This document shows positions 9,346 through 19,971 of a stretch of DNA of 64,000 nucleotides, in pieces (the first letter of the stretch is position 1; each line of letters begins with the position of its first letter). Made by a program: the position numbers and the translations under genes. Below the pieces are notes generated by a model. The model searched no databases. It was not told the origin of the DNA and saw nothing but the letters and a program-made list of their open reading frames with translations. The DNA is taken from contig JBBDTI010000083.1 in assembly GCA_040904565.1 (NCBI GenBank), positions 1 through 64,000 on the forward strand. The letters are read 5' to 3'. Source of the stretch: Rhodothermales bacterium. Its GTDB lineage: Bacteria; Bacteroidota; Rhodothermia; Rhodothermales; VXPQ01.

Positions 9346-11367
9346 TCACTCCGCCAGAAGCTGGCGGGCACGCTCGATCACGTTCTCGACCGTGAATCCG
9401 AACTTCTCCATCACGACCTCGACGGGGGCGGAGGCACCGAAGCGATCCAGCCCGACTACGACGCCGTCCAGTCCAACGTACCGCTCCCATCCCTTCGCCA
9501 CGCCGGCTTCGACCGCAAGCCGCCGCGTGACGCTTCGGGGAAGGACCTCTTCCCGATACGCTTCGGATTGTTCGTCGAAGAGCTCCCACGACGGCATGCT
9601 TACGGCACGCGCCCGAACACCGTCCGCCTGCAACCGCTCCGCGACGGCCGCTACGTGCTGAACCTCGCTGCCCGTGCCGATGAGAATGATCTCGGGGGTA
9701 CCGGCGCACTCGCGAACGACGTACGCACCACGCCGCAGACCGACGCCCGTCCCCTCAAGGGTAGGAACACCCTGACGAGTCAACGCCATAGCGATCGGCC
9801 CGTCGGTCCGCTCGACGGCGAGCTTCCATGCCTCCGCCGTCTCGGCGGCATCCGCCGGACGAATAGTCGTGAGGTGAGGGATGGCACGAAGAGACATCAG
9901 CTGTTCTATGGGCTGATGGGTCGGCCCGTCTTCCCCCAGCCCAATCGAGTCGTGCGTGAAGACGTACACGACTGGAAGCCGCATCAACGCGCTCAGGCGC
10001 ACAGACGGGCGCATGTAGTCGCTAAAGATCAGGAACGTGCCGCAGTACGGCCTCAGACCACCATGCAGGGCGATGCCGTTGCACGCCGCTGCCATCGCAT
10101 GTTCGCGGACGCCGAAGCGGATGTAACCGCCCGACGGTGAGTTCTTCTGGAAGTCCCCTCGACCCTTGATGTCCGTCTTATTCGAAGGCGTTAGATCGGC
10201 CGACCCACCGATGAGATTGGGCACGAAAGGAGCAATTGCATTCAGCACCTTTCCACCGGCGGCACGCGTTGCCATACTGCTTCCCACATCGAACTTCGGC
10301 ACGGCATCGTCCCATCCGCCATCCAGCGCGCCCCGTCGCCACGCGTCGAATCGGGCGGATTTCTCCGGGTGCGTATTTCGGTAGGCTTCCAGTCGGGACT
10401 CCCATTCGTCCTGTGCGGTACGCCCTTTTTCGAGCAGGGCATCCCGCATATGTCCGTAGACCCCGTCGGGAACGTAGAATGATACGTCCTCCGGCCAATC
10501 GAGATGCTTCTTGGCGAGAGCCAGCTCCTCTTCTCCCAACGGGGCGCCGTGAACGTCCGCCGTACCCTCCTTGTTGGGGCTGCCGTAACCGATCAGGGTG
10601 CGGACGGCGATAAGCGACGGTCGATCCTCGTCGGCTCGAGCCTCCTTTAGCGCGCGATCGATCGCCTCGAGGTCATTCCCGTCGTCCACCCGCCCGACAT
10701 GCCATCCGTAGGCCTCAAACCGGGCCGGCACGTCCTCCGTGAACGCGAGCTCCGTGCTGCCGTCGATGGAAATCTCGTTGTCGTCGTAGAGAAAAATGAG
10801 CTTGCCCAGACCGAGATGTCCGGCCAACGAGGCCGCCTCGTGCGACAAGCCCTCCATCAGGTCGCCGTCGGAGCAGATCCCGTAGGTATAGTGGTCGACG
10901 ACATCGAAGCCGGGCTCGTTGAACTGCGCGGCCAGGTACGTTTCGGCAATCGCCATGCCGACCGCATTCGCGAAACCCTGTCCGAGCGGCCCCGTCGTCG
11001 TTTCAATACCGTCGGCGAGAATATTTTCTGGATGACCCGGCGTGATGCTCCCCCACTGACGGAAATTCTTGAGCTCCTCCATAGGCATGTTGTATCCGCT
11101 GAGATGCAAGAGCCCATACAGCAGCATCGATCCGTGTCCGGCCGAGAGGACGAACCGATCCCGATCGAACCACGCCGGATCGGCTGGATTATGCTTGAGA
11201 TGGTACCTCCAGAGCACGTACGCCATTGGCGCGGCTCCCATCGGCATGCCGGGATGGCCGCTCTCAGCCGCCTGAACCCCGTCGGCCGCCAGAAATCGCA
11301 GCGTGTTGATCGTGAGCCGGGACGTGTCGGAAACAGCGATGTGATCGGGCCTGGAAACGGCAGTCAT
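9346..11367 (-). CDS. tkt: Transketolase
   Basis: [38 protein letters not shown] motifs. Confidence 0.98.
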   Translation of the reverse strand: MTAVSRPDHIAVSDTSRLTINTLRFLAADGVQAAESGHPGMPMGAAPMAYVLWRYHLKHNPADPAWFDRDRFVLSAGHGSMLLYGLLHLSGYNMPMEELKNFRQWGSITPGHPENILADGIETTTGPLGQGFANAVGMAIAETYLAAQFNEPGFDVVDHYTYGICSDGDLMEGLSHEAASLAGHLGLGKLIFLYDDNEISIDGSTELAFTEDVPARFEAYGWHVGRVDDGNDLEAIDRALKEARADEDRPSLIAVRTLIGYGSPNKEGTADVHGAPLGEEELALAKKHLDWPEDVSFYVPDGVYGHMRDALLEKGRTAQDEWESRLEAYRNTHPEKSARFDAWRRGALDGGWDDAVPKFDVGSSMATRAAGGKVLNAIAPFVPNLIGGSADLTPSNKTDIKGRGDFQKNSPSGGYIRFGVREHAMAAACNGIALHGGLRPYCGTFLIFSDYMRPSVRLSALMRLPVVYVFTHDSIGLGEDGPTHQPIEQLMSLRAIPHLTTIRPADAAETAEAWKLAVERTDGPIAMALTRQGVPTLEGTGVGLRRGAYVVRECAGTPEIILIGTGSEVQHVAAVAERLQADGVRARAVSMPSWELFDEQSEAYREEVLPRSVTRRLAVEAGVAKGWERYVGLDGVVVGLDRFGASAPVEVVMEKFGFTVENVIERARQLLAE

Positions 11368-11455
11368 GCGAACTGGAAGTTTGTATGATACTCCCTCGTC
11401 ACGAGAGCAATCGGACGTGTGTAGGAGTCGAAAAAAAGCGATCGCGTGCGTCGAA

Positions 11456-12802
11456 TCAACCGTTGCCGGCTTCCTCGATCATTCTTCTCAGGCAATCCGC
11501 CGTACGCGACCGCGGAGCAACAAACCGGCCGTTGATGATTACCGTCGGCGTACTGTTTACTCCGATATCGACCGCTTTCTGCTTTTCCTGTGCGAGCGTG
11601 CTCTGATAGATCCCGCTCTCGAGCCGCTGGGAGAGCGTCGTGGCGTTCATTCCTATCTCTTCAGCAATCGTGTGGAGCCGATCGGGCCCCAATCCCGTCT
11701 GAGGCTGCTGGTTTTCGTACTGCGCCTCCAACATCTCGAAGAACTTGCCTTCCTGCGCTGCCGCATAGAGAGCCTCGGACTGCGCGATGGAATGGCGCCA
11801 TAGCACGAACGGCTTGAAGACGAAATGTGCTTGATCGGCATGAGAGCGAATGACGGGCGTCATGATCTCATGGAGCGTCTTGCAATGCGGGCAGTTGGGA
11901 TCGAAATACTCGATCACGGTAACCGGCGCGTTGGGATCCCCCACCGTGGGATCGAAGAAATTAACGAGGCTCTCATAATTCTCAACCGTTCCTTTCTCAA
12001 GATCGTAGGTGCATTCGGCCGGGAGGGACGAGGGCTGCGCAGGCGAGGCGGATGAACTCACCGTGGGCGCCGCCGTCGCACCTTCGACCGTATCACCAGC
12101 GAACACATCCTCCGCGTCCGCCTTGCTGAAGAAGGCTGCATCGGCTCCGATGATCAAGCCCAGAAGCACGACAAGGACACTCATAAATGCGATCTCACGT
12201 GATGGCTTCAACTTCATGGTACCGGACGCACTGGATTGGATGGACGATGACGTAGCAAAATCAATGACATGGAGCACCAGCAGCGTGGTGACGATCGCCG
12301 CGGACAACAGGCACAGCGCACAGAGCTCCTCAAGAACAAAAAACTGGTAGAAAACAAGATACATCGAATACAAGAATCCGGCTGACACGAGCACACCCCG
12401 GGCCGTCTTGAAATCCGATCGACGTCCTCTGACATTCCATGCTGCTGTCGCCGTCAGCACACCGACGAAGAAATAAAAAAGGAGTCCCCATACCGAATTC
12501 GAGATGCCCAGCAGGGTGCCGGCACCACTGCTCGTCACGGCCCCGCAATCGAACGACGAGCCCGCAAACCAGGACGTGGAGAAGCCCGTACATCCCTGTT
12601 CGAATCCGCGTTGCTGCTGAATGCTCAGGTGGGCTGAGGTTAGCAGGCCCAGAACGGCCAGCCCGAACACGGCACGGTCGAGCACCGGCCGGTAGGCGTT
12701 AAAACGCTCGGAAACACGGCGAATTATCGTCACGACGGTAGAAAGGTGCGGGATGCGGGATGCGGAATTCGGATGAGTAGAACGCTCGAGATTTCGAAAC
12801 AA
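11456..12802 (-). CDS. Vitamin K epoxide reductase (VKOR) - DsbA/thioredoxin fusion
   Basis: Membrane domain with loop Cys pair and CALC; C-terminal domain with CPHC and TPT cis-Pro loop. True start probably downstream of 12802. Confidence 0.88.
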   Translation of the reverse strand: MFRNLERSTHPNSASRIPHLSTVVTIIRRVSERFNAYRPVLDRAVFGLAVLGLLTSAHLSIQQQRGFEQGCTGFSTSWFAGSSFDCGAVTSSGAGTLLGISNSVWGLLFYFFVGVLTATAAWNVRGRRSDFKTARGVLVSAGFLYSMYLVFYQFFVLEELCALCLLSAAIVTTLLVLHVIDFATSSSIQSSASGTMKLKPSREIAFMSVLVVLLGLIIGADAAFFSKADAEDVFAGDTVEGATAAPTVSSSASPAQPSSLPAECTYDLEKGTVENYESLVNFFDPTVGDPNAPVTVIEYFDPNCPHCKTLHEIMTPVIRSHADQAHFVFKPFVLWRHSIAQSEALYAAAQEGKFFEMLEAQYENQQPQTGLGPDRLHTIAEEIGMNATTLSQRLESGIYQSTLAQEKQKAVDIGVNSTPTVIINGRFVAPRSRTADCLRRMIEEAGNG

Positions 12803-12959
12803 GTTCGGACCTTCTTATGATCCCGCGGCATGATTCGGTTCCGCCGTCCATGCAGGCGGACGCCAGACCTTTGCGCCCCCCTCTGGCCATCGCCTCTTTG
12901 TCAGGTCGACGCGTTGGCGCGCTTTTCCTACCTTACTATTCTCAACGTCGGGGGACGGC

Positions 12960-13928
12960 ATGTCACCACAAAGATTGCTTCAGAACGAACGATTTCAGCA
13001 GTTTCTTTCGGAGGGTCCGGGGACGGCATTACTCGTCTCCGCTCTGATCGTCCTGGGGGCCTTCGTGCTGTCACGTATGCTGAAGCGAATCATCCCCCGG
13101 TACATCGACGATCCCGACCGTCGCTACCGCGCCTCGAAACTAACGGCCCGCCTGGTCGGCTTCGCTGCCGTCGTGGCCATCGTCTTTGTCTGGTCGTCCG
13201 GGGACGGACCCGGTTTGGCCACCATCCTCACGCTGATCGGTGCGGGTCTGGCCATCGCGCTACGCGAGGTCGTGCTCTCCTTCGTGGCGTGGATAAATAT
13301 TGTCATCCACTCCCCCTTCGAACAGGGCGACCGCATCGAGATCAACGGCATTCAGGGCGACGTTATCGATATTCGGCTGCTGCACAGCACGCTGATGGAG
13401 ACGGGAGGGTGGGTAAACGCCGATCAGAGTACAGGCCGCATCGTACACTTCCCCAACGGCTGGCTGTACCAGTACGGGATCTACAACTACACGCATGGAT
13501 TCAGATTCTTGTGGAACGAGATCCCGTTTACCATCACGTTTCGATCTGACTGGAATGCGGCGCGCGAGATCATGCTCGACCTCGCCTCCGAAACGGCCGA
13601 AATCGTCGAGCAACAGGTGAAGCGAGAGATTCAGCAGATGTCTCGAGAGTATCTCGTTCACTACAGCATCCTGACTCCGTTCGTGTATGTGCGGGTTACG
13701 TCGAACGGCGTGCAGCTGACCCTGCGCTATCTGGCCGAAGCGCGCAAGCGGCGCGGAACCGAGCATGCGCTGACCATGAGCATTCTGAACGCGTTTCGCG
13801 ATCACGGTCAGATCGAGCTGGCCTACGGCATGGTCGGTGTGGCACAGATGGACTCGCCGCAGTTCGGACCGATGCCGGGGCCGGGCGGCCGGACGGGCGG
13901 ATCGGCCGGCGGCGAAACGCGCCGGTAG
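12960..13928 (+). CDS. mscS: Small-conductance mechanosensitive channel (MscS family)
   Basis: Three TM helices, PFEQGDRIEI, GDVIDI, FPNG motifs; TTGGCG-17-TATTCT candidate promoter at 12914-12942. Confidence 0.9.
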   Translation: MSPQRLLQNERFQQFLSEGPGTALLVSALIVLGAFVLSRMLKRIIPRYIDDPDRRYRASKLTARLVGFAAVVAIVFVWSSGDGPGLATILTLIGAGLAIALREVVLSFVAWINIVIHSPFEQGDRIEINGIQGDVIDIRLLHSTLMETGGWVNADQSTGRIVHFPNGWLYQYGIYNYTHGFRFLWNEIPFTITFRSDWNAAREIMLDLASETAEIVEQQVKREIQQMSREYLVHYSILTPFVYVRVTSNGVQLTLRYLAEARKRRGTEHALTMSILNAFRDHGQIELAYGMVGVAQMDSPQFGPMPGPGGRTGGSAGGETRR

Positions 13929-14040
13929 TCGGGTTTGTAACCCGGTCTTCCCGTCACGTCCGTTGTGATGAACGTTCTGAGAATCCGCCGCCGGGGCAGG
14001 AGAGACGAGGCCTGATGCGGCCACCCACGCAGCGTACCTG

Positions 14041-14069
14041 TTGCAATTCGCGCTCCCCACGCGTACCTT
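14041..14069 (+). promoter_or_regulatory. Putative sigma70 promoter of trp operon
   Basis: TTGCAA-17 nt-TACCTT, ending 7 nt before the leader-peptide ATG. Confidence 0.65.
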
Positions 14070-14076
14070 CTCGTCG

Positions 14077-14172
14077 ATGATCGTCAACGACCTGCATAGC
14101 GCCCGTTCCAACCGGTGGTGGTGGCATCCTACCGGACAGTCTACCGGACAGTGGGGCAATACGTGCACGTAA
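14077..14172 (+). CDS. trpL: trp operon leader peptide, 31 aa (MIVNDLHSARSNRWWWHPTGQSTGQWGNTCT)
   Basis: Three tandem TGG codons at 14116-14124 plus a fourth Trp; directly upstream of terminator and trpE; too short for the ORF track. Confidence 0.9.
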   Translation: MIVNDLHSARSNRWWWHPTGQSTGQWGNTCT

Positions 14173-14215
14173 GTTGTCGATGATCGTACCGAATTGACGG
14201 CGACAGCCGCGGCCC

Positions 14216-14250
14216 CCCACTGTTCAAGCGAGCAGTGGGTTTTTTTATTT
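14216..14250 (+). terminator. trp attenuator terminator
   Basis: CCCACTGTTC-AAGC-GAGCAGTGGG followed by TTTTTTTATTT; left arm can alternatively pair with GGACAGTGGGG at 14146-14156. Confidence 0.9.
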
Positions 14251-14311
14251 CATCCCGGTGTGTTTTGTGGGACGACCGCGAAGCGCGCAGAATCTCATAC
14301 GACGCATACAG

Positions 14312-15802
14312 ATGCATCTTGATGAATTCGAACAGCTGGTAGAAGCGCACCGCAAGCGCGGTGCCGGGAACGTCGTCGTGCCGGTGTTTCGGCGTCTCAG
14401 CGCGGATCTTCTTACGCCCGTTTCGGCCTTCCTAACGCTGCGCCGGAGGAGCCGGTACAGTTTCCTCCTCGAAAGCGTCGAAGGAGGCGAGAAGCTGGCC
14501 CGCTATTCGTTCCTCGGAAAGAACCCGTTCCGCATTTTGCGGGCATACGGCGGACACGTCACGGCGGAGGACGCAGGCGGCTCGGAGGAAGCGGTGGATG
14601 GGGACATTTTCGAAGCCGTGCAGCGGGAGCTCGACCGGTATACGGAGATTAAAGTCAGCGGGGTGCCGCGATTCACGAGCGGTGCCGTCGGGTACCTCGG
14701 CTACGACGCCGTTCGCCTTATCGAACATCTGCCCGACGTACCGGAGGACGACCTGAAGTTACCGGATGCCACGTGGTGCTTTTACGACACCTTCGCGGCC
14801 TTCGACCACGTTAAACATCAGCTCGTGCTGATGTCGGGCGCTTTCGTCGACACGGATGCGGATCCGGCTGACGCGTATCACCGAGCCTCCGAGCGTATCG
14901 ACGCGCTCGAAGGCGAACTTTCCGACACTACGATCCAGAGCCCGGATCCCGTTCGTATCCTGGACGAGGAAATGGATTCTAACTTCAAACGTGACGACTT
15001 CGAAGCAGCCGTCGAGCGCATCAAACGATATATCTACGAGGGCGATATCTTTCAAGCCGTGCTCTCGCAGCGTTTTTCAATGCCTTTCCGCGGCGATCGA
15101 ATCAATCTCTATCGAGCTCTCAGGCAGGTCAATCCGTCCCCCTATCTCTTTTACCTCGACTTCGACGGCTTCGCGCTGATCGGCTCCTCACCGGAAGTCC
15201 TGGTTCGCGTCGAAGAAGGGACGGCGGAAGTGCTCCCCATCGCCGGCACGCGTGCTCGTGGATCGACGGAGGATGAGGATGCTCGTCTCGAGGCTGAGCT
15301 TCTTGCCGATCCCAAGGAACGTGCGGAGCACCTGATGCTTGTCGACCTCGGTCGCAATGACCTCGGTCGCGTGTGTCGATACGGATCCGTCCACGTCGAT
15401 CGGTATGCCTACGTGGAGCGTTATTCCCACGTCATGCACATCGTATCCTCCGTCTCGGGACGCCTGGAGCGCGATGAAGGCGTCATGAAGGTTCTGGGCG
15501 CCTGTTTCCCTGCGGGAACGGTCAGCGGTGCACCGAAGGTACGAGCGATGGAAATCATAGACGAACTGGAGCCGACGAAACGCGGCGCGTATGCCGGCGC
15601 GGTGGGTCACGTCGACTATTCGGGCAACATGGATACGTGCATCGCCATTCGAACGATGGTCGTTCACGACCACCGCATCTACGTCCAGGCCGGCGCCGGC
15701 ATCGTGGCCGACAGCGACCCGGAGCGTGAATACGAGGAAACGGTTAACAAGGCTCGCGCTTTGAAGGAAGCGATCTTGATGGCCGCCGAGGGCCTGCTTT
15801 AA
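14312..15802 (+). CDS. trpE: Anthranilate synthase component I
   Basis: [50 protein letters not shown]. Confidence 0.97.
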   Translation: MHLDEFEQLVEAHRKRGAGNVVVPVFRRLSADLLTPVSAFLTLRRRSRYSFLLESVEGGEKLARYSFLGKNPFRILRAYGGHVTAEDAGGSEEAVDGDIFEAVQRELDRYTEIKVSGVPRFTSGAVGYLGYDAVRLIEHLPDVPEDDLKLPDATWCFYDTFAAFDHVKHQLVLMSGAFVDTDADPADAYHRASERIDALEGELSDTTIQSPDPVRILDEEMDSNFKRDDFEAAVERIKRYIYEGDIFQAVLSQRFSMPFRGDRINLYRALRQVNPSPYLFYLDFDGFALIGSSPEVLVRVEEGTAEVLPIAGTRARGSTEDEDARLEAELLADPKERAEHLMLVDLGRNDLGRVCRYGSVHVDRYAYVERYSHVMHIVSSVSGRLERDEGVMKVLGACFPAGTVSGAPKVRAMEIIDELEPTKRGAYAGAVGHVDYSGNMDTCIAIRTMVVHDHRIYVQAGAGIVADSDPEREYEETVNKARALKEAILMAAEGLL

Positions 15803-15873
15803 GGAACGGGGGACCTCATCCCGAACGGGCGATACGGTGAAAGGAATTCTATCACGGAACGAGCAAGGTAAGC

Positions 15874-16338
15874 ATGGGACTCAAGGAACTCTTTCTCAAC
15901 AAGGGCTGGGCCGGCAAGACACTCTCCCGGCAGGAAACGGTTGAGCGCATCAATCCGCTGCTCCGAACGCACTACGAGCTCAATCGGGCCTATGAATATG
16001 CCATCCGGAATCTGTCGGACGCCGAGACGGCCGACCGGCTCGAGGTCTTACAAAAGACGGCAAGGGGCGACGTCGGCAAATTAAGTGAGACGGTGCTGAG
16101 CGCCGGCGGCGTAGCCTACAACGGCACGGATCTCGAGCCGGGTGACGTCGACCTCGGCTCGAACGATGCGTCCATCTTAGGCGAGCTGGAGCGCCTCGAG
16201 TCCGCCCTCGCGGCAGCACTCGATGAGGAGCTGGAAGAGGAGCACCAGATTCGCACGCGTGCCATTCTGGGCGTCGTACGTAATAACAGCCGCGAACGAC
16301 TCGACTACGTCCGTCGCGCCGCGAGAAATGCCCAGTAG
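15874..16338 (+). CDS. Hypothetical helical protein, possibly ferritin-like fold
   Basis: 154 aa with AAGG upstream; helix-helix-GG-linker-helix-helix pattern (VLSAGG); lies inside the trp operon. Confidence 0.7.
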   Translation: MGLKELFLNKGWAGKTLSRQETVERINPLLRTHYELNRAYEYAIRNLSDAETADRLEVLQKTARGDVGKLSETVLSAGGVAYNGTDLEPGDVDLGSNDASILGELERLESALAAALDEELEEEHQIRTRAILGVVRNNSRERLDYVRRAARNAQ

Positions 16339-16406
16339 CCGCTACCTACCCTGCCTGTTCGTCCGCTTGCGCCGCCCCCTTCCAACCACCACGACATCCC
16401 CAACCC

Positions 16407-17462
16407 ATGAATGACGTACGGACCCGACCCGGGCGCACACAACCGAGCGACGAGGTGGCCCGTTCACCCGTCGTCGTTTCTGGAATCCAGCCGTCGGGCA
16501 CCCTCCACCTGGGGAACTATTTTGGCGCTCTCCGACAGCATATTCAGCTGCACAGGCAGCACGAGGCCTTCTACTTCATCGTTAACTATCATGCATTGAC
16601 GACGATGCAGGACGCGGACGAGCTCAGGCGCTACACGTTGGACGTCGCGCTCGACTACCTCGCACTGGGATTCGATCCGAACCAGGCCCATTTGTTCGTT
16701 CAGAGCGACGTGCCGGAAGTTACGGAGCTCGCCTGGATATTCTACAACCTCACGACGGTCTCTCAGCTCGAGAAGGGGGTGGCGTATAAGGACAAGGTCG
16801 CTCAGGGACTCGTGCCCAATGCCGGACTCTTTAATTACCCGGTCCTTCAGGCGGCGGACATTCTCATTTATGGGGGGTCTCTCGTTCCCGTGGGCGCGGA
16901 TCAGAAGCAGCATATCGAGATGACGCGCGATATCGCCGAGCGCTTCAATCGAATATATTGTGACGATGACGAACCCCTGTTTCCCGTGCCGGAACCGCAT
17001 ATTCTGGACGACGTCGCCGTCGTTCCCGGTATCGACGGGCGTAAGATGTCCAAGAGCTACGGCAACACGATCGCTATTTTCGACGAAGGTAAGACGTTGA
17101 AAAAGAAGGTCATGAGCATCGTGACCGATTCCACGCCGCTGGACGAACCGAAGGACCCTGACCGGGACAACGTGTTCGCACTCATCAAGCTGTTTGCCGA
17201 CGACGAGACGCGGGACCGCATCGAAGCGTCATATCTCCAGGGCGGATACGGTTACGGCCACGCCAAGAAGGAGCTGATCGGGTTGATCGACGACTATTTC
17301 GGCGAGGCGCGCGAGCGTAGAAAGGAACTGGCCGGCCGTCCCGATTTCGTGCGGGACGTGCTCCGCGACGGTGCGCGATCGGCCAGACGGCGAGCGGCCG
17401 GATGTATGGCGAAGGTGCGCGACCACGTCGGGCTTATAACGACATACGGTGAGGCGCCATGA
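16407..17462 (+). CDS. trpS: Tryptophan--tRNA ligase
   Basis: SGIQPSGTLHLGNY, YPVLQAADIL, VPVGADQKQH, KMSKS. Confidence 0.97.
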   Translation: MNDVRTRPGRTQPSDEVARSPVVVSGIQPSGTLHLGNYFGALRQHIQLHRQHEAFYFIVNYHALTTMQDADELRRYTLDVALDYLALGFDPNQAHLFVQSDVPEVTELAWIFYNLTTVSQLEKGVAYKDKVAQGLVPNAGLFNYPVLQAADILIYGGSLVPVGADQKQHIEMTRDIAERFNRIYCDDDEPLFPVPEPHILDDVAVVPGIDGRKMSKSYGNTIAIFDEGKTLKKKVMSIVTDSTPLDEPKDPDRDNVFALIKLFADDETRDRIEASYLQGGYGYGHAKKELIGLIDDYFGEARERRKELAGRPDFVRDVLRDGARSARRRAAGCMAKVRDHVGLITTYGEAP

Positions 17463-18049
17463 TTCTCATCATCGATAATTACGACTCGTTCACGTACAAC
17501 CTCGTTCACCTGGTGGGAACGCACACGGACGATTTAAGGGTCGTTCGAAACGACGCCATGACCACGGAAGACGTGATGGACCTCGCTCCCGAGGGACTCC
17601 TGATTTCTCCGGGGCCGGGCCGTCCAGTCGATGCCGGGATCTCGGAATCTCTGATCCGGCATCTCGGAGCTACGACGCCCATTCTCGGCGTGTGCCTCGG
17701 ACATCAGGCCATCGGAGAGGTATACGGCGGGCGGGTTACGTATGCCCCCACGCTCATGCACGGTAAGACCAGCCGAATCAAGCACGACGGCCGAACCGTC
17801 TTCAGCGGCATCAAAAGTCCGTTCACGGCGACCCGGTATCATTCCCTGGTCGTAGACCCTAGCGGTCTGCCCGACGAGCTGGAGATTTCCGCGCACACCG
17901 AGGACGGCGTCATCATGGGCCTACGCCACCGGAAGCATCCCGTTGAAGGCATACAATTTCATCCGGAGAGCGTCCTGACCAGTGTCGGGCCGCGCATCAT
18001 CGACAACTGGTTGGAGCGTGTTCTGGCACCGTCCGCGCATACGCATTGA
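17459..18049 (+). CDS. trpG: Anthranilate synthase component II (glutamine amidotransferase)
   Basis: IDNYDSFTYNL, SPGPG, GVCLGHQ, RYHSL, QFHPES. Confidence 0.97.
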   Translation: MILIIDNYDSFTYNLVHLVGTHTDDLRVVRNDAMTTEDVMDLAPEGLLISPGPGRPVDAGISESLIRHLGATTPILGVCLGHQAIGEVYGGRVTYAPTLMHGKTSRIKHDGRTVFSGIKSPFTATRYHSLVVDPSGLPDELEISAHTEDGVIMGLRHRKHPVEGIQFHPESVLTSVGPRIIDNWLERVLAPSAHTH

Positions 18050-18097
18050 TCCTCCGCACAGGCACAACGTGAATTACTACGACCACGCGACCTGACT

Positions 18098-19177
18098 ATG
18101 AACGAATTTCTTTCGACGATAGCGGACGGCGGCACTCTCGGCGTCGAAGAGGCCGAGTCTGCCATGCACGTGCTGATGAAGGGGGTATCCGATCCTGCCC
18201 TCGTCGCGGCATTTCTGGTCGGACTCCGAGCGCGGGGCGAGACCGTCGACGAACTGGTCGGATTTACGCGCGTCATGCGAGACTATGCTGTTTCCGTCGA
18301 CGCAGGCGACCCGGACGCGGTCGACCTCTGCGGCACTGGCGGTGACGCGAGTGGGACGTTCAACATCTCGACGGCCGCCTCGCTCGTCTGCGCGGGGACG
18401 GGGATTACCGTCGCCAAGCATGGAAATCGATCGGTTTCCTCGAACTGCGGATCCGCCGACGTACTGGAGGCCCTCGGCGTGCAGGTAGAATTGAAAAAGC
18501 CCGGCGTGGAATACTGCTTCGAGAAAGCGGGCATCGCCTTCATGTACGCCCCCTTCTTTCATCCGGCCATGCGGCACGTCATGCCCGTCCGCAGGAAACT
18601 GGGCATCCGCACCTTCTTCAACATTCTAGGCCCCCTCTGCAATCCAGCCGGCGTCCGCCGGCAGCTCGTCGGGGCCTTCGACGCGCAAACGGCGCAGACG
18701 ATCACGTCCATCCTCGAACAGCTCGACGCGCGGCACGTAATGGCCGTACACTCCGCCGACGGGATGGACGAGGTGTCCCTGTCGGACGAAACGATCGTCT
18801 TCGAGTTTGCCTCGGGCGACAATGGTGAAACGTGGCTAACCTTCTCGGGTGAGGACGACGATGTCGCCGATCGCGACGTGACCAAGAAACGCCGTATCAG
18901 TCCGGAAGACTTCGGATTCGGCCGTTTCCCGCGGAAGGCACTTCGCGGCGGCAACGCCACGGAGAATGCACAGATTCTGACGTCTATTCTCGTGGGAGAG
19001 CCCGGCCCGGCCCGGGACGTCACGGTCATGAACGCGGCCTGTGCCATTCACACGAGCGGCCGTTATTCAGGCATGGAAGCGTGCCGGGCCGCCGCCGAGG
19101 AAAGCATCGACTCCGGTCGTGCCCGCGATGTCTTGAAGAAGCTGGTCGAGGCATCCAATAACGCGCCCGCGTCATGA
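18098..19177 (+). CDS. trpD: Anthranilate phosphoribosyltransferase
   Basis: DLCGTGGD, TFNIST, KHGNRSVSS, GSAD, HPAM, DGMDE. Confidence 0.97.
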   Translation: MNEFLSTIADGGTLGVEEAESAMHVLMKGVSDPALVAAFLVGLRARGETVDELVGFTRVMRDYAVSVDAGDPDAVDLCGTGGDASGTFNISTAASLVCAGTGITVAKHGNRSVSSNCGSADVLEALGVQVELKKPGVEYCFEKAGIAFMYAPFFHPAMRHVMPVRRKLGIRTFFNILGPLCNPAGVRRQLVGAFDAQTAQTITSILEQLDARHVMAVHSADGMDEVSLSDETIVFEFASGDNGETWLTFSGEDDDVADRDVTKKRRISPEDFGFGRFPRKALRGGNATENAQILTSILVGEPGPARDVTVMNAACAIHTSGRYSGMEACRAAAEESIDSGRARDVLKKLVEASNNAPAS

Positions 19178-19971
19178 CGATTCTCGATCGCATCGTTCAG
19201 GACACGAAGGAGCTGGTCGCCGAGCGTAAGAACGTTCGATCCATCTCGCACCTGGAGACCCTCCCGCTTTTCGATCGCGTTCCGCTGCCGCTCGAGGCGG
19301 TGCTTCGCGGCGAGCAGCTCGCCGTGATCAGTGAAATCAAGAAGGCATCGCCGTCGAAGGGCGTCATTCGGCATGAGTTTCACCCTGTTGAGATTGCACG
19401 ACAGTACGTCCGGGGGGGGGCGGCCGCTATATCGGTTCTTACGGAGCCCGATTATTTTCAGGGGTCCATCGAAACGCTCGCCGCCGTGCGCGAGCAGGTG
19501 TCGATCCCTCTTCTCCGAAAGGATTTCATCGTCGACCCGTATCAACTTGTGGAGGCCAGGGCGTACGGCGCCGACGCCGTACTCTTGATTGCCGCCGTAC
19601 TCGACCGCGGCAGGCTGGCGGATCTGCTTCAAGCGGCCGGATCGCTCGGGCTCTCCGCCCTCGTCGAGGTGTACGACCTCCAGGAGCTCGACCGGATCGA
19701 TTTCGACGACGTTTCGATTCTCGGCGTTAACAACCGCGACCTGCGCACGTTCGAGGTAGACATCAATCATTCCCTGACTGTCTTCGCTCACGTTCCGGAA
19801 TCGATACTGCGCGTTTCAGAAAGCGGCCTCCGATCGGCCCGGCAGCTGAGGCACCTCCACGATCATGGCGTCGACGCCGTACTGATCGGCGAGACCTTCA
19901 TGCGGGAAGACGATCCCGGCCAAGCGCTTGCATCTTTGCGACGAGACGTCGAACGGACACCTGAAGTATGA
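19174..19971 (+). CDS. trpC: Indole-3-glycerol phosphate synthase
   Basis: EIKKASPSKG, LRKDFI, GVNNRDL, SESG. Confidence 0.97.
   Translation: MTILDRIVQDTKELVAERKNVRSISHLETLPLFDRVPLPLEAVLRGEQLAVISEIKKASPSKGVIRHEFHPVEIARQYVRGGAAAISVLTEPDYFQGSIETLAAVREQVSIPLLRKDFIVDPYQLVEARAYGADAVLLIAAVLDRGRLADLLQAAGSLGLSALVEVYDLQELDRIDFDDVSILGVNNRDLRTFEVDINHSLTVFAHVPESILRVSESGLRSARQLRHLHDHGVDAVLIGETFMREDDPGQALASLRRDVERTPEV

Noticed and set aside
12746-12766. TGCGGGA heptamer repeat near the VKOR start as a phase-variation tract
   Set aside because: Fewer than three full copies and probably upstream of the true start codon.
16339-16406. T-box upstream of trpS
   Set aside because: The spacer is only 68 nt and has no T-box consensus.
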